This document shows positions 1 through 11,388 of a DNA stretch of 64,000 nucleotides, one piece after another; positions within the stretch are counted from its first letter, which is position 1, and each line of letters starts with the position of its first letter. Both the position numbers and the translations under genes were made by a program. The stretch covers positions 348,874,001-348,938,000 of the forward strand of contig NC_088791.1 in the NCBI RefSeq assembly GCF_011386835.1, in the 5' to 3' direction. Source of the stretch: Chrysemys picta bellii. Lineage: Eukaryota. Below the pieces are notes generated by a model, which was not told where the DNA came from, ran no database searches, and worked only from the letters and a program-made list of their open reading frames with translations.

Positions 1-1224
1 CTGCTGGTTGAAAACAAATCAGGGAGACCATGGCTGCTGCGGCTGAAATGTATGTAAAACCAGACCTTGCAGAGAAGTGAATTTATACAAAAAAATCTGA
101 GTCACCAAAGAGCTGCAGCCTGGACGGTTGTGATGCCAAAAGTAGTGCAAGTAAACACGGGAGACCAGAGGATTACACGGTGTTACCACACGGGTGTGTG
201 TCTAAGGTTGTAGAAAAGAACGGTTGAGGTTGTGTTAATTGAAGAATAATTTGCAATCACATCATTAAAGACTAAGAAATTCATACAAAGGGGGCAGAAT
301 TCAGGTTGCGTTATCGTTGGCATTTCTTGAATTCTGAGTCCTTCCCATTCTCACAATGTCTTTTTTCCATGTTATTAAATAGTTCATTCATAAAGAGCCA
401 AATTCTGCTCACTTACACTGCTGTAAATCCAGAGTAGCTCTGCGTTAATCAGTGGGACCATTTTATATTTACACCAGCGTGACTGAGAACAGGATTTGGC
501 CCAAAGTTTTCCAGTTCATTTAAAAATGATGCATTAACAGAGCCCCTGATTAAATCTGTACTGCCCCAACTCACCTGGATCCGGCTGTATCGTCTTCACC
601 CTCAGTGAATGCTACAGACACACACAATCTGCATGATTCTCCAGTCTGCCGGGACAACCCACCTGGGGGTATTTATGCCTCTTAAAGAATCCTCTTTACT
701 CCCCCAGCTGGGAATTCAGAGCCTTTCTTCATCACAGAGGAAAATCTGCTATCAGGCGTAGGGAATAGCCACAACTAGTAACAGTAAATTAACCCATTCC
801 TATTTTACAGGAGCTTAATAGCTACATCTCTATTCAATAGTATGGGATTGATCTTCAAGAGAGGACGTGCTAGGGTGTGTGTAAAAACAACAAGGAGTCC
901 GGTGGCACCTTAAAGACTAACAGATTTATTTGGGCATAAGCTTTTGTGGGTAAAAACCTCACTTCTTCAGATGCATAGAGTGAAAGTTACAGATGCAGGC
1001 ATTATATACTGACACATGGAGAGCAGGGAGTGACTTCGCAAGTGGAGAACCAGTGTTGACAGGGCCAATTCCATCAGGGTGGATGTAGTCTACTCCCAAT
1101 AATAGATAAGGAGGTGTCAATTCCAGGAGAGGAAAAGCTGCTTCTGTAGTGAGCCAGCCACTCCCAGTCCCTATTCAAGCCCAGATTAATGGTGTTAAAT
1201 TTGCAAATGAATTTTAGTTCTGCT

Positions 1225-1442
1225 TCAGAGGGGTAGCCGTGTTAGTCTGAATCTGTAAAAAGCAACAGAGGGTCCTGTGGCACCTTTAAGACTAACAGAA
1301 GCTTTGGGAGCATAAGCTTTCGTGGGTAAGAACCTCACTTCTTCTTGCATCTGAAGAAGTGAGGTTCTTACCCACGAAAGCTTATGCTCCCAGTACTTCT
1401 GTTAGTCTTAAAGGTGCCACAGGACCCTCTGTTGCTTTTTAA
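1225..1442. mobile_element. Nested palindromic Penelope terminal-repeat insert
   Basis: Arms ~1257-1345 and ~1353-1440 are reverse complements. Flanked by a 7-bp direct repeat ttctgct (1218-1224 and 1443-1449). Confidence 0.8.
1347..1387 (+). ncRNA. Minimal type I hammerhead ribozyme motif (Penelope-associated)
   Basis: gcat CTGAAGA a gtgagg-ttctt-acccac GAAA gctt atgc: core boxes present, stem II hairpin, 4-bp stem I, palindromic AAGCTT in place of stem III. Confidence 0.65.
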
Positions 1443-1667
1443 TTCTGCTGTTTCTCTTTGAAGTCTGTTTCTGAAAACATTTGTGTGTGCACGTGCCTAG
1501 TTTAATTGTGCCAATACCCCCTAAGGCATGTCTGCATGAGGGGATCTGCACAACTGAGGGCTGCATGTGCAAAAGTGTCTATGACGTTTGAAGACTTGTC
1601 CCTGCATGTTCAGGCCTCTGTTTAGGTTGGACTATGAAGTCATCAGTGCCCTATCTGGTTAAGAGGG

Positions 1668-2366
1668 TGTTACCCAGGGGGTTTCAGAACCCAAAGCCCT
1701 GGTGACTTAACTGCTTCACTCCAGGCATGATCAGGAATAAACCAGTGGGAACACAGCGCTTCTGGCTGATGAAAGATTGATACAAATAAACGTGCTTTTA
1801 TTTACAACGACAATTTATTAAAGCTCCCACGGACACTAGCGATAGGTTTAGAACATCCCATATCATTACCTAGAATCCGAGATGGCATCGAGTAGTTGAC
1901 ATTAGGTCAGCGATAGCCGGTGGCTTCCCTACCGGGGAGCATGGTGTCAAGAAAAAATCTCTCAGGACAGCTTCCGAGAACTGCTCCAAAGTACACGCTC
2001 TTTTCTAGTCTTTTTTAACTTACTTTTACCAAACACACAACTCATCGGGGGTGGGTCATCACCTCTCCTAACTTCAATCAACTATTTATCGACAAAGATT
2101 CCTAACAATCTTAGTCATAAGCTTCTATATCAAAGGTGCCCAAACTCATGGTCTCTATCCACTTATTTTCTTTCTGTCTCAATTTGTTGATTCTTTTTGC
2201 CCCTCTTCCCATTCTGATTAGCAGAAATTGCAAGTCTGCAGCTAGTTTTCACCTTGCGTTCAGAAGCCCTGCTTGTTCAAATAAACACTTAACTATGTGG
2301 TGTTCTAGTTCATTAATTCGTGATGGCTGAATGCACATAATATGGTTGTAATTACCTTGATCAACA
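1668..2366. mobile_element. LTR-like repeat; truncated in units 2 and 3
   Basis: Starts tgttac and ends aaca with LTR-like composition; no convincing TSD found. Confidence 0.35.
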
Positions 2367-2439
2367 TCTGGGGTTACTACATCCATCCATCCAATCCAGG
2401 GCAACAAGGGGGCAGAGTTAGGGTGGATGGATAAATAGC

Positions 2440-2620
2440 ACCTTTCCTCTAAGGATCTCAAAGCACTTTATAAACTTCAGTGATAACATGCCTGTAATGT
2501 AAGTCAGTATAATCACCATTTTACAGGTGGGGAAACGAAGGCACAGAAAGGGTAAATGACTTTCCTGTGAGGACCTATAGTCTGGTCTCAATAGCTGGGA
2601 TTAAAATCTGGTCCAGAAAG
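2440..2620 (-). mobile_element. MIR/CORE-SINE fragment
   Basis: ccattttacaggtggggaaacgaaggcacagaaagggtaaatgactttcc resembles the reverse MIR core. Confidence 0.65.
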
Positions 2621-3609
2621 TCTTTGGGATTGCTGGAAACGGAGTCCACATCTCCTAACTCCCCTTGGTCTGCCTTAGCCACCAGAACGTCCTTCCCAGT
2701 TCCCCAAAAGGCATACTGGAGAGGAGTGAGAGGTTGCATTTATTCTGGGAACATGGGCCAAAGAACTGATTTTCCCCTGCTCAAATTGCTTACAAGTCGG
2801 CACTGGAGGCAGGACACTGATTAATGCATATACACATCAGCAGAGAACACTGTCCCACACTCAATCCAAAAAGGTCCCACAAATTGCTGGACCCCCCAGT
2901 GTCCTACATCAGGAGATCCATTCAGAGACGGGTTCCCAAAAGCTCAGAACTGCTTGTTCTGTGCGACATGAGGAGATCATGGCCAGAGGTGGTTTGCCTG
3001 CAGCTGTTGGGTACTTTCCATATTAGGAATCAAACGTGGGTCAGATATTCAGATGAAGTGTCATGCAGGAACGGGGCAGGGACCTGCGTGCAGTGAAGCA
3101 TTGCCCTTTCCATCTGCCCCAGCATGCAGGAGACAAAGGCCTCACAGGTCCTACAGAAAAACAAAGAGACATGGGAACTTCTGTTGAGTTCTCGCATGCG
3201 TGCCACTAACTGAAGGGGAGAACGAGAGACGTCTTCTGTGGGCAAGTCATTCCAACACTGTCCTCTGCAAGGTATCGTGAACGTTCCTCTGCAGCATCGG
3301 GTACTGGCCAGCGCTGAGGGCAACATACTGGACTAGATGGATCTGGTCTGGTTCCTGCCTGGCATGTAAACCGCTGTGCTCTAGTGACAGGAAAAGGGCA
3401 TTTCTACTCGGGCCCACCTCTAGACCAGGGGAAAGCAGACAATTCTGCAACTCCGTTGCTGTCCCCTCTGTGGAATGGTGGATGGTGGATGCAAGGCAGA
3501 GCTCTAGGATTCCATTAGCCGCCTTCCACTCTACCCTCTGGAACACAGACCTCCCCATCTCAGCTGGCACCTTGGTGACATTCCCAGCTGAGGACAAGCA
3601 CAGTAGCCG

Positions 3610-3760
3610 TAGAGAGAGAATGGCCCAGTGGTTAGGGCAGTAATTTAGGAGGCCTACGTTCTAGTCTTCACTCGGCCACAGGTGACCTTGGGCAAGTCTC
3701 TCGGTCTCTCCATTCCCAAGCTGTAAAATGGGAAGAATGGCCCTGCCCTACTGCGTTATC
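3610..3760 (+). mobile_element. MIR/CORE-SINE fragment
   Basis: tggcccagtggttagggca...gtgaccttgggcaagtc...ctgtaaaatggg resembles the MIR head and core. Confidence 0.7.
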
Positions 3761-4491
3761 ATAGCTGTGCCGTATCTAGAGCAGCTCACGTTCAGCATGA
3801 CTGGGGCTGGGGGAAGCCTGGTACCTTGAGTGAATTCCAACTTGGATCCTTACACTCCAGCAGCCTCCATTTCCCCCAGTAGGCGATGTGATAGTGGATG
3901 TGACAATCTCCTGAACTTTCTGTGCTAATCAGGCGTGCTGTGTAGCTAGTGCCCAATGACTGTCACAGTCAAACCGAGACGGGGATCCATTTCAGTGCTG
4001 GCTACGTATACACAGTCCAGGAGTGCAGGAATCTCTAGTGGAAATTCCTGTTGCAAATTTTCACCTGGTTCCAAGTGGCAGACTAAGATTTGTAACAGAT
4101 CTCCTGGTTCCTTCAGCTACGGATCCTCCAGTGGAAACCAAGAGAGACCAGTAAAAATCTACACAGACCAGAAGACATCAAGAGAGAGGAGGAGAAAGAC
4201 CAGTTCAAGGAGTCCTATGGAGTCTAATGGAATTTCCACTAGGGAGAAGAAATCCCCCAAATCATGGTCTCAAGTTTAAAATCAACCAAGTCTTTTTGAA
4301 GGTTTTGAAAAGCCGAGGGAACTCCACCCCACTGAATTGTTTTTTGTTTTCACTGCACCTCATCCCTTCTGGGGTCTAGCTAGAAATGGAAGTGGAAGAG
4401 CTGAAATCTCACCAGAATGGCTGCCGCGCCATATCGGCAGGTGGACTGTGGTCAGGAAGTGCCAGCTCTGTCATTAAACCGCCTCTTCTTA

Positions 4492-4790
4492 GGGTACGTC
4501 TACACCACAAACCCCCCTCCCCTGGGGAGCAAGTCTTAGAGTCTGGGTGAACTTACTCGGGCTCATGGTACAGGGCTAAAGACAGCAGTGTAGCCATTTC
4601 TGCTCGGGCTGGAACTGAGGCTCTGAAAACCGGTGAAGGGGGAAGGCCCGGAGCCCGGACTTCACCCTGAGTAGAAAAATCTTCACTGCTCTTTTGAGCA
4701 CCACAGCCTGAACCCCGCGAGCCGGAGTCAATTCACCTGGGCTCTGAGATGCTGCCATGTTTTGGGGGGTTTTTTCAGTGTAGACAAATT
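4492..4790. mobile_element. PIF/Harbinger-type MITE
   Basis: Ends gggtacgtctacac ... gtgtagac, preceded by tta. Paralogues at 17008-17530 and 27146-27442. Confidence 0.65.
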
Positions 4791-6539
4791 CATAGTCAAG
4801 TGGATCCACTAGTTGCATTGAAAGTGTCAAGATTTATCTGCGTTGTTCACAGGGTTACTGAATGCCTCAGAGGAATGTGGGGCTGAAATGAGGTGAGATT
4901 TCTTCTCCTTGGGAAGTTTACTGTACCTGGGAACTGAAACACCGACACGGATGTAAAGCTCTGTAGGGCACCATTTCCTTACACGTGTGTACAGCACCTG
5001 GCACAATGGGGCTCGGTTTCCAGGCTGAGGCCTCTCAGCACTATCCCAATGCAAACTGAAAATAATAACCTAAGGCGGCCGGCTGCAGAGTAAATATCTG
5101 TGAGGCTGTATTGCCTTTTCGCACTCCTAAGGCCTCTCCCAGTGAGTGGCGTTCAGTAGCTAGCTGGTATTCGTAGTGACTGCTGACTGTTCAATATTCA
5201 GCCAGAAAGCAGGTGAAGTTGACTTGTCTGGCCAGGGTGATCCTCTTGCGTAGCCGGTGAAGGTACTCCGGGCACTAATGGACTCCCCGGGGTGGATACA
5301 GCCTCCTAAGGGAAGTAGTGGAGGGTTCATTGCTTGGGTTGTTTAAAACGAGACTGGGCCGAGCAGTGGGGAATGTACCGTAGTGATCAGTTCTGCAGTG
5401 GCTGAGGGATCTTGGTCTAGGAGGGACTGAAAATGGCTTTTCTATCTCTCATTCCCATGATGCAGGAACAGTTTCTTATCTCCCAAGTCTGAAGAGAAAG
5501 AGTTAACTCTGTCTGCCAGCGATGGGCGGGGAGGACAAAGTGGAAGCAGAGATTCCCAGCTGAACTGTGAGACCCCCCTGCAGGGAGGAGGCGAGTTCTC
5601 TCACCGTGGCTATAAATCCACCAAAGGGCAGGCAGCTGCGGGTGAGCGTGTGGGAGAGCGAGGCCCGAGGAAAGGAAGGGAGCACTGCAGGATTCTGGTG
5701 AGTTCGCCCACGGAATCCGATTCGTGTGGGCAAAGGAATTGTACTGTACTTCAGCCAGAGACGGGTCTGAAGCAGAACCTCAGATCCAAACACACCCACA
5801 TTCTGGGCAAGTTCAAAACCTGATCCAAATTCTGCTGCAGTATATTTGAATTTCCTGTTTCATCTGCGGATTCGTATTGTGCCCCACCTGATCGCACTTG
5901 GGTGCCTAGCGCTAGGCAGCTATGGTCTGTATTTAGAATGAATGATCTGGTTTTCACCTAAACGAGTGATCTGGTTTTCAATGGGAGCTGATGGGTGTTC
6001 AGCACCTCCAAAGAATCAAGCTCTGTGCCCAAGCGTGGATGAAGGCCAATACTTTCAACAGCCAAGACTGAGGATGTGGTGCTGAGTGGCTCTTTAGACG
6101 TTTCACAGGCAGATGACCTCTCTTGACTTCAACGTTGGTCTTAGTTCCTTTCTGTTAAGGTGCCTGGATTCTGAAAGGGGTTGTGGAATGCAGTTTATGT
6201 GAAAGAGACGATGCGGATTACATTTGAGGTTGGCTTTTTTAAAAATCCTGGCCTTCCTTTGTGAAGGCATAATTTGCACCTGGAAATAGCTGCCCCCACA
6301 AATCAGGTGTGTAGCGGCTTCCATGCCCACATTCCTGTTGGCAGATCCTTGTGGGTGCAAACAAAGGCGGAAAGCCCTAAAAGCTAATGATGGGATGCAG
6401 TCAGGAGCCACTTGTTGAAATTCCTCCACAAAATGATTGGGAAGTATAGGGGGATTTTGTACATTCTCTAGATATTGAGAATTATTGACCTTCAGATAGC
6501 ACTCACAATGTGCAAGGCACTGTAACCACACAGACACAC

Positions 6540-6540
6540 A

Positions 6541-6574
<34 letters not shown>

Positions 6575-6592
6575 CACACATACACACACACA
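6540..6592. repeat. Compound (CT)n(CA)n microsatellite
   Basis: Seen directly in the sequence. Confidence 0.9.
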
Positions 6593-6799
6593 GATACTTT
6601 TCTTCATCAACAATAAGCCCTCTGTAACATACGGAGGGGGAGATTAAGGAATACAAACCAAAATATGCACCATTTTTTCCTACCATTATATGCATCTGTT
6701 ATGTTAAATAGATGCACATCAGCTCAACCCAGTGCTCCATTGTTCCTTGGCCAAGTGGGTGTTGAGGATGGGTACAAAGCAGGAATGGGGAGTGGGCCG

Positions 6800-7270
6800 G
6801 TTCAGGGGGGCTGTTCTATACTAGAGAGGCAGCGTGGGAGACGCAGACAGGTGGGTGCTCCATCCCTGGCAGAGGGGAGTGGAGAGGGGACAACGCAAGA
6901 AGAGAACTGAGTAGATCAGTAAGGAGACAGAGCTGTGAAGGGCCCTGAGGATGAGGACAAGGAGCCTGTGGAGCGATTTCATGCTTTCGAGGTGTGAGAA
7001 GGGGCATGTGGACAAGAGTGGAGGAGGTTGCCGGAACCAAGGCTGGAGAGGACGAGGGGCTGGAGATGCAGGAGAGTGTAGGTAGTAGGGTCGGATCTTA
7101 GGAACATGATGGAGAGTGACGTGACAGGACTTGGACACGCCCTGCACACGCAGGTCAGAGGGGTCAAAGACGTCTACCAGGTTGTAGCCCTGAGTGACTG
7201 CGAGGCTGGAGGTGTTGTCAGCAGTGATAGAGATCGGGCAGAGGAGAGGGCTTGGTAACAAAGGCAATGA
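6800..7270 (-). mobile_element. L2 LINE ORF2 C-terminal fragment
   Basis: Minus-strand peptide ITADNTSSLAVTQGYNLVDVFD...VSKSCHVTLHHVPKIRPY...HRLLVLILRALH resembles the L2 ORF2 C-terminus as I recall it (ITVDNTTILPVTQARNLGVIFD...SKSCRFFLHNISKIRPF...HKLLVFTFKALH); not database-checked. Confidence 0.65.
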
Positions 7271-8169
7271 GTTCGCCCCCCTCCCCTCCCTACTCCCCAG
7301 CGTAAGAGAGGGTAGGCTGGGGTCAGGGGGCTTCCCTTGGAATTCAGTCCCTACTCAACCTTGCTCAGAAATACCCTAACCATGCTGCAAAGCCCATATC
7401 TACTGTCCTATCATCTCACCTGGGCAAGTGCAGGAGTCATGGGGTGGTCGCTGTCTGAAGGAGGGAAGGGCTTTGCTAATTTCTAGACTATCTGGTTTCG
7501 GCTGATTTGCTTGATATGTTTTGTGGGCTGGGGTCAATCCGGGTTGATCTTGCACAAGTGCCTAATGCTCCAAAATAGCAAAATAAATAAATTGAAATCT
7601 GAAAGCTGCAGATGAAAATGGAGTATGAAGTTCATCGTGTCTCCCCCAAGCACTCAGGTACCATGGTGATGGCACTGAAAGAAACGCTCATGATAACACA
7701 AAAGGTAATGCAAAGGCATGCAGGGAAAATCGGAAAGTCTTCTGAAGAAAAGGGTTGGCGTCACAGATCTGATGTGTAGAGCCAACTCCAGACGTGACAG
7801 AACTGGATGCAGTTGCATCTTATTCACAGTTTGCACTATGAAGGCTTCAACTTCCAGTCACTAGAACTTGTTCTGCCTTTGCCTGCCAGATTATAGAACC
7901 CTCCAGTAGCTGATATCTTATCATTTGTATTTACACCCCGGATCCAGGCTTTTGTTAATTTGAGCTCCTCGATATTTACCACCCAACCAATGTTTCTATC
8001 AGCTCCAGACCTTGTCATCCATTCCCAAAGCAGTTGCACCCCGTGAGCCAGAGTGGAGTGCGGCATCTCACGTGTGTCGTGTCTGTTCACCATCTCACGT
8101 GTGTCGTGTCTGTTCACCATCTCATATGTTTTATTGACAGGACAGACGTTGATGTGAAACTTTTGGAGG

Positions 8170-9132
8170 ATGCTCCTGCAGGGCAACCTGTCAGCTCCCA
8201 ATGGCACAGGCTCTGATCCGTCCGTGTTCTTCCTGACGGGCATCCCGGGGCTGGAAGCTCTGCACCCCTGGATCTCCATCCCCTTCTGCTCGATGTTCAC
8301 CGTGGCCCTTCTAGGAAACTGCACCCTCTTGTACGTTATCAAGACAGAGCCCTCCTTACACAAGCCCATGTTCTATTTCCTCGCCATGCTGGCCATCATC
8401 GACCTGGTTTTATCCACAACCACCGTGCCGAAAATACTGGGCATCTTCTGGTTTAATTCCAGGGAGATCAGCTTTAATGCCTGTCTGGTGCAGATGTTTT
8501 TCATTCTCTCGTTCTGCACCCTGGAGTCTGGTCTGCTGCTGGCCATGGCCTTTGACAGGTACGTGGCCATCTGCAACCCCCTGCGGTACGCCACCATCCT
8601 GACCAATTCAGTGATAGCAAAGATCGGGCTGGCGGCTTTGGCTCGGGCTGTTCTGCCAGCAGTCCCTTTGCCCTTCCTCATGAGGAGGCTGCCCTTCTGC
8701 CAGTCCCACGTCATCTCCCATTGCTACTGTGAGCACATGGCCGTGGTGAAGCTGGCCTGTGCTGACACCAGGTTCAATAACATCTATGGGATCATCGTAA
8801 CTGTCTTCATCGTGGGGCTGGATCTGATGTTCATCGTCCTGTCATACATCAAGGTTCTAAGGGCTGTCTTAAGCCTGGCGTCCAAGGAAGAGCAGCTCAA
8901 GGCTTTCAGCACCTGTGGCTCCCATCTTTGCGCCATCTTAGTATTCTATATCCCCGTGGTCCTCTCCTCAACAGTACACAGGTTCGGGCGCCATGTCGCC
9001 CCGTACGTACACATCCTGCTGGCCAATTTCTACCTCCTCTTTCCTCCCATGATGAACCCCATTGTGTACGGTGTGAAAACCAAACAGATTCGCATCCGAG
9101 TGCTTCTTCTGTTCCGAGGGAAAAGCATCTAG
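8170..9132 (+). CDS. OR52-like: Class I olfactory receptor, OR52 family-like (OR1), 320 aa, intact
   Basis: Intronless 7TM ORF with [52 protein letters not shown] and [17 protein letters not shown]; N-terminal NGT/NLS sequons. Confidence 0.96.
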   Translation: MLLQGNLSAPNGTGSDPSVFFLTGIPGLEALHPWISIPFCSMFTVALLGNCTLLYVIKTEPSLHKPMFYFLAMLAIIDLVLSTTTVPKILGIFWFNSREISFNACLVQMFFILSFCTLESGLLLAMAFDRYVAICNPLRYATILTNSVIAKIGLAALARAVLPAVPLPFLMRRLPFCQSHVISHCYCEHMAVVKLACADTRFNNIYGIIVTVFIVGLDLMFIVLSYIKVLRAVLSLASKEEQLKAFSTCGSHLCAILVFYIPVVLSSTVHRFGRHVAPYVHILLANFYLLFPPMMNPIVYGVKTKQIRIRVLLLFRGKSI

Positions 9133-9843
9133 GCTGAGCAGGAGGGGCTGTGGAGACATCAGGAAGCAGAGGATGCAGGAGAGGTTTTTTGAGTTAATTA
9201 GACAGTATGCTTGTGGGGGCTTTGTGTACGCTGGGATGGGAACTCCACCTCCGACTCACAGGGAGCAATACACCGACCCCTACACGAGCGTAGCGCTGCT
9301 GGCCAGAAGGTGATCTTGGCCATGACCTTGTCCTCCCTTGGCCCCGTGTGTGGAGTGTGAAGGAGTGTGAAGAGGAGTGTGAAGGCTCCTTGCAACTTCT
9401 CTTTCTTTGCTGGAACATCTGGCCTTTATTACTGACACACCCAGCCACAGCCACGGAGGTGCATGCTGCAGGAACAAATGCTGTATCTGCCCCTCAAATT
9501 CAGTCACCTCTGAAATGTAGCAGCACACCTGGGGCCATTTAAGCACCAGAATAAGCTGAGTGCTGGGCTCTTCTGTGCCAAACGTGCCACCATGGAGGCT
9601 GCTGGGTGACAACCTTTTTGTTGTTGTTGTTGTTGTTGTAAATCTGGCCTTAGTTGTGGTTTCTGAACATTTGAGAGTCTGTCCCCAGTGGTTTAACCGT
9701 ACCACACAGCAGCACAATGCACCGGGTCGAGAGACGGGGCAAGGAAGGGTGTATCTGCCTCAAAGAGCACTTTGAAAATCTCCAAATCCTTACCAGAGTG
9801 ATCTCAGGCACAAAGTGTTCAAAGTTCACTTTCTGATACTGAC

Positions 9844-9849
9844 AATAAA
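9844..9849 (+). terminator. Candidate polyadenylation signal of OR1
   Basis: AATAAA ~710 nt after the stop, conserved at 22571 and 55511 and followed by a pyrimidine/GT-rich tract; no transcript evidence. Confidence 0.35.
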
Positions 9850-9868
9850 TAAATGAAACAGAGTATTG

Positions 9869-9870
<2 letters not shown>

Positions 9871-9917
<47 letters not shown>
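9871..9917. repeat. (CT)n microsatellite
   Basis: Seen directly in the sequence. Confidence 0.95.
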
Positions 9918-9924
<7 letters not shown>

Positions 9925-10117
9925 AAATACTCAGGAAAAAGTCTTGCTCTACTTTGCTATCACCTTTGTCCCTGTTGCTTAATATATGCTGGATAGCATA
10001 TAGATATATATCACATTCATAATCTGTATTTTCTGCACCATATATATACTAGTAGTACGCATTAAGTACAAATAACATTAACCACAAACATGATAAAAAA
10101 GAACTATATAAGTTAAA

Positions 10118-10284
10118 ATAAGAACTAGATAAGTTCATGGAGGATAGGTCCATCAATGGCTATTAGCCAGGATGGACAGGGATGGTGTCCCTAACCTCTG
10201 TTTGCCAGAAGCTGAGAATGGGCGGCAGGGGATGAATCACTTAGGATAATAGAATATTAGGGTTGGAAGAGACCTCAGGAGGTC
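10118..10284. mobile_element. CR1 3'-end fragment (+) with a nested reverse CR1 piece
   Basis: gataagttcatggaggataggtccatcaatggctattagccaggatgg followed by ataatagaatattagggttggaagagacctcaggaggtc. Confidence 0.75.
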
Positions 10285-11388
10285 TGTGACATTATTGAAA
10301 CAAACTGTGACAGTATAGACCATTGTTGCCACTATAGTGGCACCAAATCTTGTACAAAGGAGGTCAAGTAAGGTGTCTATGAGGAGGTTATGATTTGCTG
10401 GTTATGTTTATGCTATCTGGTTGCAAGTATCATTTTTGTATTTAAAGTTATAAGTATTGTCTCTATACAGTCTGTAGTTCAAACTTGTGCTATGCTTCTG
10501 GGTGACACCCCAGACAATGTGGCATCAGCACTGTCTAGCATGCTGGATGGCCCATTAAGGACCATCAGCTATACAGCTGACCCATTGAGAGAAGGTAGAT
10601 ACACCTTATGACTCAGCAAGGCGTGCAGGGACATGCCTATGGACAGAACTCTAAGGTTTTTCTGTGCCATGTGCTGGACAGCTTGTCTTGGGGACAAAGA
10701 AAGCAGAGGCCACATGGCAAGAGACTATCAAAGGCTGCTGCATCTCCTCCATCTTGTCTTTAGTCCTGCTTCTGACCTCTGGAGGAACCTTGCTGCAAAC
10801 AGAAGCTCTGAACAAAGGACTGAATGACCCATCCCAGCTGTGGATGTACTCCAGAGGCTTGATTGGTTTAAATCAACAGTAATCCCATCAAGCCTTAACT
10901 ATTGTTGTATGTATTTGATTCCATTTGCAATTGTTGTATGTATTTGATTCCATGTAACCGATTTTAACTCTCATCTCTGTCTTTTTCCTTTTACGAATAA
11001 ACCTTTAGATTTTAGATTCTAAAGGATTGGCAACAGCGTGATTTGTGAGTAAGATCTGATTTGTATATTGACCTGGGTCTGGAGCTTGGTCCTTTGGGAT
11101 CGGGAGAACCTTTTTTCTGTTACTGGGGTTTTGGTTTTCATAACCATTCATTCCCACAATAAGTGGCATTGGTGGTGATACTGGGAAACTGGAGTGTGTA
11201 AGGAAATTGCTTGTGAGACTTGTGGTTAGCCAGTGGGGTGAGACCAAAGTTCTCTCTCTCTGTCTGGCTGGTTTGGTTTGCCTTAGAGGTGGAGAAACCC
11301 CAGCGTGGGGCTGTAACTACCCTGCTTTAAGCAATTTGTCCTGAATTGATACTCTCGGAAGTGTCCCACCAAAGGCAGCATCGTAACA
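10285..11388 (+). mobile_element. Solo LTR
   Basis: TGT...ACA termini and an internal AATAAA near 10996; paralogous to 32903-34003. Confidence 0.8.

Larger units (their letters stand above)
881..1482 (-). mobile_element. Penelope-like retroelement, 3' fragment (GIY-YIG endonuclease C-terminus plus terminal repeat)
   Basis: With the nested insert removed, the minus strand reads NRLQRETAELKFICKFNTINLGLNRDWEWLAHYRS. Terminal motif ggtggcaccttaaagactaacagatttatttgggcataagc. Sits in a (TG)n tract and is absent from units 2 and 3. Confidence 0.8.
1..11388 (+). repeat. Tandem segmental duplication unit 1 (carries OR1); left end lies outside the window
   Basis: Position 1 aligns with 15707 (ctgctggttgaaaa.aaatcagggagaccatgg). 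Landmarks such as the MITE, L2 fragment, OR and 3' flank are colinear with units 2 and 3. Confidence 0.9.

Noticed and set aside
2824-3597. ORFs in the unit-1-specific segment as a captured gene
   Set aside because: No recognisable motifs; part of it (~3290-3365) resembles a decayed CR1 3' UTR, and it is flanked by MIR fragments.
6821-7267. 148-154 aa minus-strand ORF open in all three units
   Set aside because: The peptide resembles the L2 LINE ORF2 C-terminus, and persistence across young duplicates is expected without selection.
7332-7341. tcccttggaa as an O/E (EBF) site of an OR promoter
   Set aside because: It has one mismatch to consensus and lies beside an L2 fragment, and the transcription start is unknown, so it cannot be supported.
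7836-8714. Antisense ORFs overlapping OR genes ([21 protein letters not shown]..., recurring at 20853, 30951, 43926, 53803)
   Set aside because: Shadow frames of the OR coding strand; they recur only because the ORs are paralogous.
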